63,753 nucleotides of DNA, filler included, from Rhabdomonas costata (GCA_019059605.1; 43 parts of 43 records of this genome joined end to end with filler, not necessarily neighbours in it); one strand, 5' to 3'. Shown: positions 50,498-63,500, counted from the first letter of the whole stretch. A program made the numbers and translations. The notes: generated from the sequence alone by a model not told the origin.

Positions 50498-51881
50498 GGA
50501 TTATATGCACATAGTCCAATCATGAAAACTGATAATTTCAATGTTACGTCAATTATAACATTATTACAATGTTTCTATCCAATTATAAGTCTATATTCCG
50601 ACATAGCTTTTATAAATATTAGTGTTGATAATATATGGTCGGTATATTATAATGCAAATTATGATATTTATTTACATCAAAATAAGAAAACTATATATAT
50701 ATATACAGTACATATAATACGGAAAATTATAACATATCTAATTATTATTTAGTACATCCTGAAACAGGAGAAATATTTGATAAAGTATATACATATGAAT
50801 GTATATTTGATAAATGTAATATAACTACATATTTATATAATATAAATTTATTACATAAAATAAAACCGGATAATATTACTAAAAATACAGTTGAAATTTT
50901 TAATAGAAACACAAATAATATATCAGTAAGAATAAATTATAATTTATATAACACATATACTACATTATCAATGATATATAATAATAATATAATACTATGT
51001 AATGGTGTTAATTATACAGAATCATCATCATTCAATATCATTGCTGATAATTTTAATTTTAGTACAAATTTGATAAATACATGGCTAAAAGATAATTACA
51101 ATACAAAAAAATATTTTAGAAATGAAGTTACATTTGATAATTTGTATTTATCAATAAGTACATATGATGCAAAAACAAAAATATATTTTAATATATTATA
51201 CAGTTATTATGATGTTCAAAATGATATGTATAATTTTAAATTAACGACAAATAATATTATTGATACAAGTAATAAAAAATCATTAATTATATTAATTGTA
51301 ACAATTGTAATTACATGTGTATTATCAATATTAATAATTTATACATTGTCTACTTCATTATACAAATTAGCAAATAATATAAACATGATAGCTTTATTAC
51401 AATACGATGATCATAATTATAAACAATATCATTCGTTTTTTTCTGAATTTTCAGCTTGTGAAACATCTTTAAAAAGATTAGAACGTGGAACACGAGCATT
51501 TAGTATGTATATACCTTTACAAATAGTTAGATTTATGTTAGCAGGTACAATAGATACGTCATATGTAATGATAAATACAAGAACAACAATAATGTTTTCT
51601 GATATTATTGGATATACAACATTATGTGAGAAAATAGAATTACATGATTTAATGATTATGACAAATAAATATTTTGATATTATGTGTAAAATAATAAATG
51701 ATTCAAAAGGAATTATAGACAAATTTATAGGTGATTGTATTATGGTAATGTGGAATCCAGTATTTGTTTCAAATCAAGAAGTTGCTTCTTGTAATGTTGC
51801 ATTACAAATGCAATATGATATGCTTAATTTAAACAATGAATTTACAAAAATAGATTTACCGAATTTTAAATTTAAAATTGG
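50498..51881 (+). CDS. Receptor-type class III adenylyl cyclase (extracellular region, TM, HAMP-like linker, catalytic domain); intronless, extremely AT-rich, one frameshift at a (TA)n run near 50692-50705
   Basis: TM LIILIVTIVITCVLSILIIYTL; AFSMYIP; TIMFSDIIGYTTLCE; IDKFIGDCIMVMWNP has the second metal Asp and the ATP-selecting Lys. The contig is open end to end if one TA unit is removed. Confidence 0.9.
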
Positions 51882-53005
51882 NNNNNNNNNNNNNNNNNNN
51901 NNNNNNNNNNNNNNNNNNNNNNNNNTTAATTAATTAANNNNNNNNNNNNNNNNNNNNNNNNNNNNNNNNNNNNNNNNNNNNGTTTTGTTGGTTTGTCCGC
52001 ATATCGCATTTTCCAATTGGAATTCTTGAATGCAAAAGCATGCGAAGCAAGAAAGCAACGAAGCCAACCGTGGTACTGATGTCCTAAGAGAAGATATTTG
52101 TGTAGTTTTCGTTATTGAATTGAAGTGAGCCATATTCTTTTTCAATATTTTTTTTGGCGAACCCATCATAGGGGTGGCGTCTCCTTCCGGGTCGCTTTTT
52201 TATCTTTTGTTGTCGCCAGTGCTGAGCTAAAAGATGAGAGGGCCCAGCATGACCTTTTTTCAGGATCTCCTTTTCTTTGGTACTGTTGTTTCTTCAAAAG
52301 GTGGGACCCCTGTCTCGATCAGCCCCCGTCGAGTTTTTTTTTTTGGTGGTGGTGGTGGTGGTGGTTTTTTTTTGCGCTGTATTCTTTTGGAGTTAGAGGC
52401 AGTTGGGCTTATTTGTTCGCGTTTGTGTATGTTTGTGCGATGTAAAGACAGAAAAGAAACACAGACATGAGACTGGAAAATACACACAGACACGTGAAGG
52501 CGAGCGATGATGGCAAGAAAAGCTACCTCTACCTAAAACGCGCGCAGCCTGGGTGTTCGCACGGAGGGTCCTATAGCTTTGTTGTCAGACGTGGGGTGCC
52601 GGGACACCCAACAACAGGCCAAGACCCTCCGCCTCCCACGTGTCCCACTGGGGCAACACTGGGGCATCAACCCAGCCCCCGTCGAAGTGTTTCCCGTATT
52701 TTTTGCGCTGTTTTTAATTGTAAGAAGCTGCAGAGCTAACCAACAAGGTCAGTGCGAAGGCAGAAAGAAGTGGGCAAACACAGTGCACATTTGTCAAAAA
52801 GGAAGTACCGAGGTACTGAAATCCCAATTCAGCGACTTTACAATTCGCTGCATCATTTCCCAAAAACCACATATAATAGACAGCTTCCAAGCGGAGTGAC
52901 AGGACTAGCCAGCTTTTTCTTCGTTTCCATCTTCAGAGGACCCTTTTTCTTCCGAAGTGGTATCCACTTTTGCGATTTCCAAACATGCGGCTTTCCAGCC
53001 AGCAG

Positions 53006-53301
53006 GTGCCAAGCTGTTTCTGTGGGGGTCCTCACCAAAAAAGGAATACTACGGCGGGGTGTGGCGCAACGACCGGGTGGCTGAAATTCTGGTCGCGGTG
53101 TGCTCGGTGGCCTTTGTGGTGGTGAATCTGTTCCTTTACCGGGTCATCCTGGTGTTCCACCTGCGCACCCTGCGGCAAGGATTGGTGCAGCTGAAAGCCG
53201 CGGTGGACAGCGCGGAGGAGGGCACTGGGGAGGGCGCGGAGGCTATGGTCCAAGTCATCCACAACGTGTCCGTGTTCACGGAGATCCGGGACTTACACCA
53301 G
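53006..53301 (+). CDS. Receptor adenylyl cyclase-like TM + HAMP-like exon
   Basis: TM ILVAVCSVAFVVVNLFLY, then ...SVFTEIRDLHQ|GT, parallel to SFFSEFSACE in the 50498 cyclase. Confidence 0.55.
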
Positions 53302-53894
53302 GTGGGGCCTTTTGTGTGGAACGCTCACGCTCACCGATGGGTGGAGCCTTTCTTCGAGACTGACAANNNNNNNNNNNNNNNNNNNNNNNNNNNNNNNNNN
53401 NNNNNNNNNNTTAATTAATTAANNNNNNNNNNNNNNNNNNNNNNNNNNNNNNNNNNNNNNNNNNNNTGTTTTGTGGATCGACTGGGGCAACATTAATTTA
53501 GGTTTGGAGGCCAGCCGCCGCGGCCCGGCAGGGTCGGAGCGGACAGATGAGGCGGGGATGTGCCATGGGGTGTGCAAAAGTTTAACTTTTGGTGCTTAAC
53601 AGTGTAAACGTTTAACACCATTATAAACACCAAAAAAAGTCTTTGCTTTGCAAAAGGGGTGTTTTCCGAGCACGAGAATTAGGTAAAGTGAGCCAGTACC
53701 CACCAAATGATGTCCGAATAGAGGTTAGATTTACTGTTTTACTGTCTCTTACCTCTTAGATGCCGGTAGTTAAGCTTGAGATTTTCGATGGTATTACCCC
53801 CTCCCCCCGAAACAGCAGCCCCATTCACCTGAAGCAAATATGAATGGCAGCAGGGTATTGGATTTCCGGCGAGCTGCAGCTCAAACAAATAAAG

Positions 53895-54132
53895 GGGTCT
53901 GAAGGCCTTTGTGAAGTACGTGCCCCGGGAGGTGGTGCGGATGACGCTGAACGGGGAGCTGGGGTCCACAAACGTGATGGTGCGGCGGGTGGTATCGATG
54001 CTGTTCATGGACATCGCGGGGTTCAGCGGGCTGTGCGAGGCGATCGATGCTGAGCAGCTGATGCGGCTAACGCAGGACTACCTCAGCGCGATGTGCGAGA
54101 TCATTGTGAAGTCGGGCGGGACGCTGGACAAG
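53895..54132 (+). CDS. Class III adenylyl cyclase catalytic-domain exon (host type, GC-rich)
   Basis: GLKAFVKYVPREVV...SMLFMDIAGFSGLCE...IIVKSGGTLDK|GT. Confidence 0.92.
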
Positions 54133-56722
54133 GTGTGGGCATCCTGCTCTCTGAAGCACCTCAGAAGCAGATTTCGAGCCGGTGGCCATGAGAGATTTCC
54201 CCCCGCCCGTCATTTGTCGTCACAAAAGTATTCCGCAGCTCGTTTCTGTCTGTCGCGTCAGACCCGTTTTCGACAGCGGGATGAAGCAAGAAGTTTAGTG
54301 CGCAAGCGAAGGACAGAAAAAGGTGACTGCAGATACCTCCTGACCGGTGCAACGCTGTGATTCCAAGCCCTTCGTGGGCAGGGGCTCTGCTGGGGATGCC
54401 TCTGATCGCTGGTCGGCAACGCGAGTTTGGGTTGTTCAGAGTTAAAGTCGCACAATTAATGGCACGCACATGTAAGCACACTTTCACACCTCAGGCTGGA
54501 AGTCAAGTTGGGTCCTCCAGGCTAGTCGGAGGAAGATGATGAATGCCTTGCTCCCCAAGGAATTCTGGCCGTGATATGATTGCCATCGTGAATTGAACGG
54601 TCCGCTGACACTCTGGGTCCGAACACTCACTGAGGCCTGAAGATATCATTGCTGCCCACTTGCACATATGAAGAAAAAGCCCAATAGTTGCCCAGACACC
54701 CAAAGAAGGAGGACGGATTCCCACCCACAGACCTGAGACGCAGTCGAGCAGCGCGGTAGCCGGTGGAAAAGGGTACTTGCACGACAACGACGAACGACAC
54801 ACCCTCGCACCCTCCAACGCACCCACACCTCCCATCCCACACCCCACACANNNNNNNNNNNNNNNNNNNNNNNNNNNNNNNNNNNNNNNNNNNNTTAATT
54901 AATTAANNNNNNNNNNNNNNNNNNNNNNNNNNNNNNNNNNNNNNNNNNNNGGTGGGGGTGGAATGGTATGTCCCTCTCGGCCCTGCATTTCTTTGGGCCC
55001 ACATTGACCGGCGGGAGAAGGGTTAACGAGAAACAGAATTAATATCCGTTTTGGGCCCCCTTTTTATTTCGAGTGTGGTCAATTACCAAAAGAAACCTAT
55101 TAAATGAAAACTATTGACAATGGTGCCGTTCTCGGGATGAAACATATGACTTTCAGAACTGTCGTTGTAAAGCAGCCAAACAGAGAGGAGAGAGGGAGGG
55201 AGAGAGAGAGAGGAGGGGGCTCCCGCACACCTTGGAATCCACGAACTTGCTCATGGAGCGATTCGAAAGGAAGCAGCACAGCATGCCAGAGCTGGTACCA
55301 CAGAACACTGCTCCTTTGCTGTTAATACATGGCACAACACAGAGAATTACACAAAGAGCAGGCCAACCGGGAGCAGGGCGGGCTGATGACGGCGGCTGGC
55401 TTCAAGAATCAACGAGACGTGGCTACAAATGCAGAGGATGACAGGGTGTCTGAATTGAAAAAGGTGCTTACCAAGCTCACTGTTGGACAGGACATGGACT
55501 TCAGAAACCAGCTCCGTAGAGTTACACAACTTCACTGCCTGGCCGGGCCTGCTCATAAGCAGCGAAAGAGATGGTGCCCAATCGTAATGCCACCGAAAGG
55601 CACTGTGGAATGAATGAGAATGAGCAAGCATGCCTTTGAGAAGAGCAGTCACTCTGCACGTCTGCAAACACAACGTCTTTGAAGGAGCTTGGCAGGAAGG
55701 CAGGCTTGCCCTCCAGAGACAGCACCACAGAGGGCGGTACCCCTCCGCCGAGGTAAACCTCGCACTGTGGAGGGCAAGCAGAGGGGCAAGAAGAAACAAA
55801 AAAAAGTATGAATCAAGACGAGATCGCTCAGAAAAATCGTCCTGATCGTTTGGGAAATGCTGCCCGAAATTGGAGTGATTGCACAGCAATAACATTGCAA
55901 GTAATTAACCCAGGGTAAAAAAACAAGCAGCGGCTTGCCCCCAAGGCAAGCCATTGCTGGAATTCACATAAGTTGTCAGATACCTTTCCTGTGCCACAGG
56001 AGCAAGCGCATATGAGAGACGAGAAAAGCTGCACCGGAGCTGAAGCACTCCTCCCATATGTCCAAGGGTCAACTCGATGAGCTGAGGTTAGACGCTAGAG
56101 CAGTATGTAATGTGGGAGAAGCAGGAATATGATTGCTGAAGAGAAGAGGTGATGTATCAGTTTGGAGGAGAATGACAACAGAGGAAGAGCACACAGGACC
56201 TTTTGCACGAGACATTTATATAGAAACAGCACGCAAGCAAAAGGTCCTGTGTGCTCTTCCTCTGTTGTCATTCTCCTCCAAACTGATACATCACCTCTTC
56301 TCTTCAGCAATCATATTCCTGCTTCCCCCACACANNNNNNNNNNNNNNNNNNNNNNNNNNNNNNNNNNNNNNNNNNNNTTAATTAATTAANNNNNNNNNN
56401 NNNNNNNNNNNNNNNNNNNNNNNNNNNNNNNNNNTGTGTTGGGTGTGGTTGTTTGGGGCATAGCTACCTATTGCCTGGCTGACCGTTGACCACTATCGAC
56501 TTACGGGCGTGATGTTGGTTTGGGTGCTCGCTGGAGATACCGTCGCAGCGCACGATGTGCGTGCGTATATGTGTGTGGATGGAGCAACTGCACGGCATAA
56601 ATACAACAACACGAGAGAACTGCACCGCGCACGGTTCCGCATGAACTCAAATTCCTACCAATTGAGGGCATTGTAGAGTGCTGCGTGGCCGGACCGTGGG
56701 TATGGGAGGAGGAGGGACAAGC

Positions 56723-56826
56723 CTCGTAGTCGGCAAACTTGCGGCGGCGGAGGAGGGCGCGGTTGCAGTACGCCACGGGATTCTTGGGGTCCAGGGCAAG
56801 GGCTCTGGTGTAGTCCTCCAGTGCCC
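56723..56826 (-). CDS. TPR-repeat protein exon
   Basis: ALEDYTRALALDPKNPVAYCNRA fits the TPR consensus; AG acceptor, probable GC donor at 56722. Confidence 0.85.
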
Positions 56827-59800
56827 CTGTTTTTTTTTCCAGAAGGATTGCGTGTGGGGCGAACTCCGAGTGCAAAAGTCACTGTCAGAACGTCGATATT
56901 CATTGCACAGTATGCTCAACCTCTACACTTGCATTGAAACATTAAGGCTATTTCCCAACTCAGAATCGTTTTCATTTGGCCACAGATTCGAAGCCAGATG
57001 ATCACGAGCATAACAAATATATCGGGGAGAACGGGAAAAAATAAGAGGAGGTACAACCTAATTCCGAGAATTCGCGGTGGAGGTGCAGGAAGCCCCGCGA
57101 CCTGCAACAGCTCCATGGTTTCCCCAAAGGTAACCCGCAGCTTCGGAGCAGTCAGATCCAAGCACGATGTTAGGGAAAGGGCGGAAACTGGGAAGGTCTG
57201 AGGGCTGCAGGAAACGACCCGCTTCGGTTGTTTAAGTGCACTTCGAGGGGTGCTGGCTGAGCTGGTAACCACTACTTTGGTGACCTTCATCTCTTCGACC
57301 TTTCGGCACTGCACCCCAGCCCCAGCACTCCAAATTTGAAATAAAAAACGAGCCGTAGGGATGCTTTACTGACTTCGAGAATCCGAAGCATACCGAAACA
57401 AACCCATTGCCGTCACACCGTCGCAAAGTAGCATAAAAACCACTTTGATGGTACCACGATTGCACGATTCTATCTGTCCTGTCTTCATGCCAGGAACGTG
57501 CATCTTACATTCAACCCATCTGAAGACTATCTCTGGTCGTTTGGTGCTCGTTTATTAGACAATAACGGCCAAAGGGTTGTCTGCATCAGCTTGCGACGTG
57601 CAGCAAGCAGAAAAAAAAACTGAGGACCATGAGGTTGGACCTCATAGCAGACCGCTTGACTATATATACGAAAGAGCTTTTAAAAAACAACCAAGCGCGA
57701 TGTACCCAGCCATGCTATTAGAACTCTCACACAACAGGCAGGCATTACAGGGCATTGCAAACGAACCCGCTCGCCAGCCCACCGGTACCAACCATCAGAT
57801 GCCCTGTAGCCCCCAAAACNNNNNNNNNNNNNNNNNNNNNNNNNNNNNNNNNNNNNNNNNNNNTTAATTAATTAANNNNNNNNNNNNNNNNNNNNNNNNN
57901 NNNNNNNNNNNNNNNNNNNGTTCTTTACTGCCCCCCCCCCTCTCCAACCTGCTGTAACCCACACATGTATGGCCAACAAATGAAAGTTCCTAGGATCTAG
58001 GCCCAAACCATCCTGGAAAGAGCCCGGGGGAACCCGTGCATCGCCTCCTGACCCACTACACGCTCAGGAGGGGCCCCATGAAAGCACTTTTTCACAACTT
58101 AAACATTGTGTTTACCTTACTGAGGAGGGGGGCGGGGGCAGCAAAGGACTAGCGCCTGGGGGAAATTCAGCGTCGGGTTTTCGGAGGGACTGTAGTAGGG
58201 GAAACTTGCGCAAGGGAGACATAACCAGGACATGTTCTCTGTCAGCCCTGTGTTAGCGATATTAATGCTCCTGGGGACGCTGGACGGATGGACTTGTGGG
58301 ATTCTAGCTGTATGACAGCTGGCACTCCGGTGGGCCTAATTTACAGCCCCTCTGGAAATACCTTGAAGTCTTATCGGATGTGTCCTGTACGAATTATGAA
58401 ATGAAAGAATGTGTGGGAAAATGTGAAAACACCCAGAATTTGGTATGCAACAATTTTGACCCCCCCCCCCCAAAAAAAAAACCCAGCTGGCCTCCGCTGC
58501 GAACCCGCGAAGGGGCCAGAACTGCCTTCCATCCGGGGGGGTTTTCATATGAACGAGAGGCGCTCTGTGTGTTTGTGTGTGTGTCCCCAACACCTGCCCA
58601 GCGGTCGGTAGTACACCCCGAATCAGTCCTGTGGGCTCCTAAACTGAACACACGACTGGTGGTTTCTAGGGAATGCCTTTCAGCACGTAAGTGATCCCGA
58701 AATTCCCACCATGTGTGGAGGTCGGGTTTGAACTCAGCCAGGCAGCTGAGTTAGCTGGAACGCCAACCGCCCCAAAACCATCGTGGTTGAACGTAGTTAC
58801 TCCGAGAGCGCAAAGCGTGAGGTCTTTTTGCACTCCCCAGGTGAAGAAACAGCCCAAATTTATGCAAAGTAGAGGACAAAGACGCAGAATTATTCGCCTT
58901 CACACACAGGTGTTAAGAGGAAAGCCGAAACAGGCCTGGGGTCTTTGTATACATAAGGCCTCCCGAAACGCTGCGTGGCGGGTCCTTGAAGGTTTTCTGA
59001 CCTTTCGCCACCGGTTGTCGTGCCCCTTGGCAGTTCTTTCCGAACCGACTTGCTTTTTGAACGTGGGGTCCTTTCAGGGAGACGGTGTTCCAGCCAGCGG
59101 TGAGTGCTTTCCGGACGTTCAGCCCGGTAAAACCCGCCTCGCCGCATAACCTGGCGGAGTTCCTGGCCGCCAGCTCGGACTGGAGCCCCCCCTTTGCCCT
59201 TCGGGTGCGCCTGGAGCAGGAGGGCAAGCTCTCTGAGGACAACACCCTCCCAGAACTGTTCCGCTCCCTGTGAGCGAAACCGAACTCGTGGGGGCTCTTN
59301 NNNNNNNNNNNNNNNNNNNNNNNNNNNNNNNNNNNNNNNNNNNTTAATTAATTAANNNNNNNNNNNNNNNNNNNNNNNNNNNNNNNNNNNNNNNNNNNNT
59401 TGTTGGTGGGGTAGACCTCGGCCAGGTTGCGGTGCATCAGCACCAGACCCCATGTTGTGCCTCCAGACCAGAGCAGGGGCGAGAGCACTGCGTCGAAGAA
59501 GGAGCTTTTTTCTAATCGCTTCTCGCCCGCGCGCCTTTGCTAATGTGCTGTGCTGTTCAATTTTGGGGGCGCTGCTGATCACCTGGCACCTGTTGAGGAC
59601 GGTCACGACAGACCCCCGAAAAACACGTATCCTGAACCCCGGAGGGATGGGAAATAGGTCGATTGGGGAAGACCACTTCGGTCCCCAACTGTCGCCAAGG
59701 GAGAGCATATGAGATGTGTAGTGGGCGCAGAGCGCGCTGGCTCTTGCCTGATCGGCTGCTGGTGACCTCTGCGGGCGCAGGCTGGAGCAAACGGTGCCGT

Positions 59801-59895
59801 GAGGTGCCGGCTCACCGCCGAGCCTTTGTCGCGCAACACTGCATTGCTGCTCGGGTCTCTGAGGCGTGTATGGGGGGGGGGATGCGAGCCGCACC

Positions 59896-60067
59896 AGTTC
59901 CAGCCCATGTCGTTGGTGTTCCCGTTGGGCGTGAAAACCGACCGGAAAGAGTTCGTGAACTCCAACGCGGGTAGCCTCGGGAGCAAATGGGCCACCACTG
60001 CGACCCAGACGAGATGTACCGGGAACCTCACCGAAGCCATTCCAGAGCGCGACCCCATAGAAACCAA
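59896..60067 (-). CDS. Possible first exon of a secreted protein
   Basis: MASVRFPVHLVWVAVVAHLLPRLPA resembles a signal peptide and is followed by a GT donor; no family recognised. Confidence 0.35.
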
Positions 60068-61015
60068 GCACCGGAGCGGGAGCCGATCGAAACCGCAAGA
60101 AAAGACAATCTTGTGAAGTGAAGAGTTGAGTCTTCACCCAAGTCAGGGCTTGGGAGACCCAGATCCAATAGAAAACATTAAAGCAGCATAACAGCAAAAA
60201 AGCAAAATCTAAGGTGTTTAAACGGAAGCATGGGGGTGATCATCTGGTCAGCACAGATAAAGAGCTAACAGGAAAAAGCCCTCCCAGCCAGGACCCTGCT
60301 TCGAAACTATGCGTGTATTCCCACTTACAGAGATTAGGGTAAGGGACTACGATCCATTACGCAGGCCGCCTTCGGACGACTCCCCACTCGATGACATCAA
60401 AAAAGGTATACGTCTGGGAAAAATGACTACACTCTGGAATGCCGCTGGGATGAAGACATTATGAGTTCCCGGAATTTCACGCGGAATCGGTTTGTGGATG
60501 TTGCTGTGACCTTCAGCGGAAAAGACGGGAAAAGAAAGATCGTCTGCTGTATGTCACCTATTCATCCATGAAACGATTCAGGTTCTCCATCAAAGATATC
60601 TATTTTCTCGCATCACGTCGCATCAAAACAATGTCTATACACAACTGCTTCCCTTTTGATAACCTTACAAGAGCTAAGGTGGAAATCGAGCATCACCCTT
60701 GCAGCAAGGCGATCTATTTTGGATAAACCCTTCGGGGTCCCCAATCAGAGGGCACAAAATGGACACTTCGATCACAAAACCCCANNNNNNNNNNNNNNNN
60801 NNNNNNNNNNNNNNNNNNNNNNNNNNNNTTAATTAATTAANNNNNNNNNNNNNNNNNNNNNNNNNNNNNNNNNNNNNNNNNNNNGGTGTGGGGTGGTACT
60901 CTCTGTATGTAATCTTTGTGGTTCCGGGCGCGATCTAGGACTTATCGTTAATGCTGCAACGGTTCCGGCCAGGGGAAAGCCCTCACTCACACGGTCGGTC
61001 CCTCCACTGTCACAG

Positions 61016-61148
61016 CCATTGTTACTGCTTTGAAGGAAGTTGCTCTACTGTAGGGACGTGCTGCCCGCTGTGCAGACGTCAGGTGGACAGATGGTGCCAC
61101 CTGAAGATGTCTTCCTACCACTTCGAAGCGGATGCGGTCAGGATGCAG
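61016..61148 (+). CDS. RING-finger protein exon (C-terminal half of the RING)
   Basis: HCYCFEGSC...CPLCRRQV; cag and GT boundaries. Confidence 0.65.
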
Positions 61149-62368
61149 GTGGGGGGGATGTTGCACAGGAGAGATCAGTTCGACTGAAGCAAAGCCGCTG
61201 CCTTGCCAGAGGACCGAATGATTAGGGTGGCTCTTATTCCTTTTTGTCTCCTTGCATTTTCGCATCAGGAAGGTGCTCTGTTTTCACCTGTGCGCCTGAT
61301 GTGATTTGTGAATTTTCGTTTCCCTTGTTTTTACATTCGGAAAGTTTGGAGCGAATGTGTGTGAGTTGACTGCTCACGACAACCGAATGACTATGAAAAT
61401 CATCCGCTCTCGCACACGCGCAGGCGCGGCTTGCTTACCGTGGGAGGAGGAGCGGTGAGGGCTGGTCGTGCCTCCGCCTTCGGGATGATGGTAGCTCACC
61501 CGGTGAGAGGCCAGCGATAGGACCCCTGTGGGCTCCGGGGAGCCAAAGCAGCCCGTGTGGCGGTGGCCCACCCAGAACTCCATTTGGTCTTCCACCGCTG
61601 TGGAAGAAAATAACAAAAAACACGCACGGAGCAGCCGGACAGCAGGGCACGGGGATCCGGGGACTTTTTTCTCTGTTCCGTTCCGTTCCAAGGACGAAAA
61701 AAAGCCCCGTTCCATTATTTCCTCATCCCTCAACTCCAACTCCACGGAAAGACACCGTGCTGACATTCCATTCTCTGATCTCAGGGTCCAGACACGCACG
61801 AACTACAATAATCAAAGAGAAGGGTCGAAGTGAAGCAAGACCTTCACTAGAGGGATTCTCCCCCTGTTTCTTGGGGGAATGCACTGGAGAGGCCGACGGG
61901 GACCCGTACGCTGAGAGGGACAAAAGAAAAAAGTTGGCTGGCAATTGCGCAAGCCAAAAAATCATCATCAAAAGTAAAAGGGCAAAGTCCTCCAGGGAAA
62001 AAGCCAGAAGCAGCAGAACCCAGGCCAGAAGGCAAGGGCGGGACTTTCCTACTGGACCAGGGCAATGGCATGTGTATCAAAATTAAGGCCCCACGCGACG
62101 CAAATTCCTCCCCGAAGCACCGCGTGCCACACACCACACACCACTTTCGGGATCGCGAACGTGTCGCACTCCCCATTTCGGCCTTGGCCTCCCACAAAAG
62201 CGGAAAAGCTTTCACGCAAAGAAGAAAACAGAAAACAGAAAACACGAAAAGAGGACAACAGCGCACCCNNNNNNNNNNNNNNNNNNNNNNNNNNNNNNNN
62301 NNNNNNNNNNNNTTAATTAATTAANNNNNNNNNNNNNNNNNNNNNNNNNNNNNNNNNNNNNNNNNNNN

Positions 62369-63500
62369 GTCCCGTCCGCTTTGGTGTCTGCGTACACGTT
62401 GACACCCAGGTACACCACTGAGTACCATTCTCCAGTGACCTTGTAGTCCATGCCGTAATCTTCCTGCGCTGAAAGAGGCACACCTGCCGTGTACAGGTCG
62501 TCGATGTACTGGGAGACGGCATCCGACCTTCACGTTTCTAGGTTGTAGGCGTGCTTCCTTTCCACTTGGTAACAAGCCACGTTGGAGATTTGAGGCGCTG
62601 CTGGCATACCCATTGGCATTCTCATGATTTGGCGGCGTACCATGCCTCAGTTGTACGTGTAGTTGTTGGTAATTAGGTATGCGAAAATTTCGCCAACCTG
62701 CTCCTCGTGAAGCCATTCGAAGCGAAATTAAAACCGCACGCGCTCAACGGGAGCTGCTGAGGCGGTTCACCGTAGAATTCCAGGGGACGGTTCACGGCAT
62801 TCTCGTTCTCAAAGGCTTCCCGAATGGATTCATTGACGTTGTTTATCATCGTTGTCAAAGGAAAGGATGTGTACATGGTGCAGAAGTCCGCTGTCTTCTG
62901 CCCATGCTCGAGGACTTTATCTTTTGAGGTTCTCACTATTCGCGTGAACGCTGCGACACTGTCTATCCCCCAAAACGCTTTGATGCCATCATCCCCTTGG
63001 CGCTGCTTGTCCTTTTCCTTGAGGGTTTTCTCCACTTCCTGCAGCAGGCGAACGCTGGGTCTTGTGGGCTTCGAATAGCGGTTGCCGAGATGGACCAGGG
63101 TTGCGCTCTTTGCAGGGATGTGCGGGTTTGGATCTGGTTCCCGCAATAAATCGGAACTTATTCTTTGTCGGCTTCCAAATGCCGTAGTTGTACACCACCA
63201 CGCCATCCCCAGTGCGGAAGCCCCAGTTCGAGTTGAAGTCGATTGCCTTGCACTCACGTCCTTCCAGGTCATGGTGTCGCATGGCTCGAATTCCTTGTTT
63301 TCCTAGAGGTACATGACCATTTCTTGTTGGCACCAGCTCTTGCAGACGACCACCATTCCGTGAGGAGTCCTGTCATTCAGCAGGAAAACCAGATGCTCAT
63401 GCGCTTCCCGAATTGCAGCCCCTAAGCCATGGAAACCTTGCGGCTCAGGGCGGTGAGTGCCATCTTGCGCATTTCTGGCCCAGTTCTTCTTGCAAGATGC
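62369..63500 (-). mobile_element. Penelope-like retroelement reverse transcriptase, frameshifted
   Basis: Ordered motifs across frames: NDRTPHGMVVVCK, YGIWKPTKNKFRFI, TADFCTMYTSFP, QIMRMPMGMPAAPQISN, YIDD (62497-62508), VVYLGV. Confidence 0.8.

Noticed and set aside
50497-54850. Three consecutive cyclase-related contigs as a gene cluster or single gene
   Set aside because: The contigs are separated by artificial spacers and appear ordered by length, so adjacency carries no linkage information.
56117-56326. Long near-perfect inverted repeats, here and at ~16119-16236, 20805-20914, 23573-23660, 29714-29908, 32683-32759, 35650-35848, 39381-39995 and 46043-46211, resembling MITEs, hairpin telomeres or non-conventional intron stems
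   Set aside because: Every one has an arm running to a contig end and finishing in the primer-like tail, the sequences are unrelated to each other, and one copies coding sequence. This is the pattern of fold-back chimeras from amplification.
60330-60600. Possible piggyBac transposase remnant (IMSSRNFTRNRF)
   Set aside because: A single weak motif among stops and frameshifts; not supportable without a profile search.
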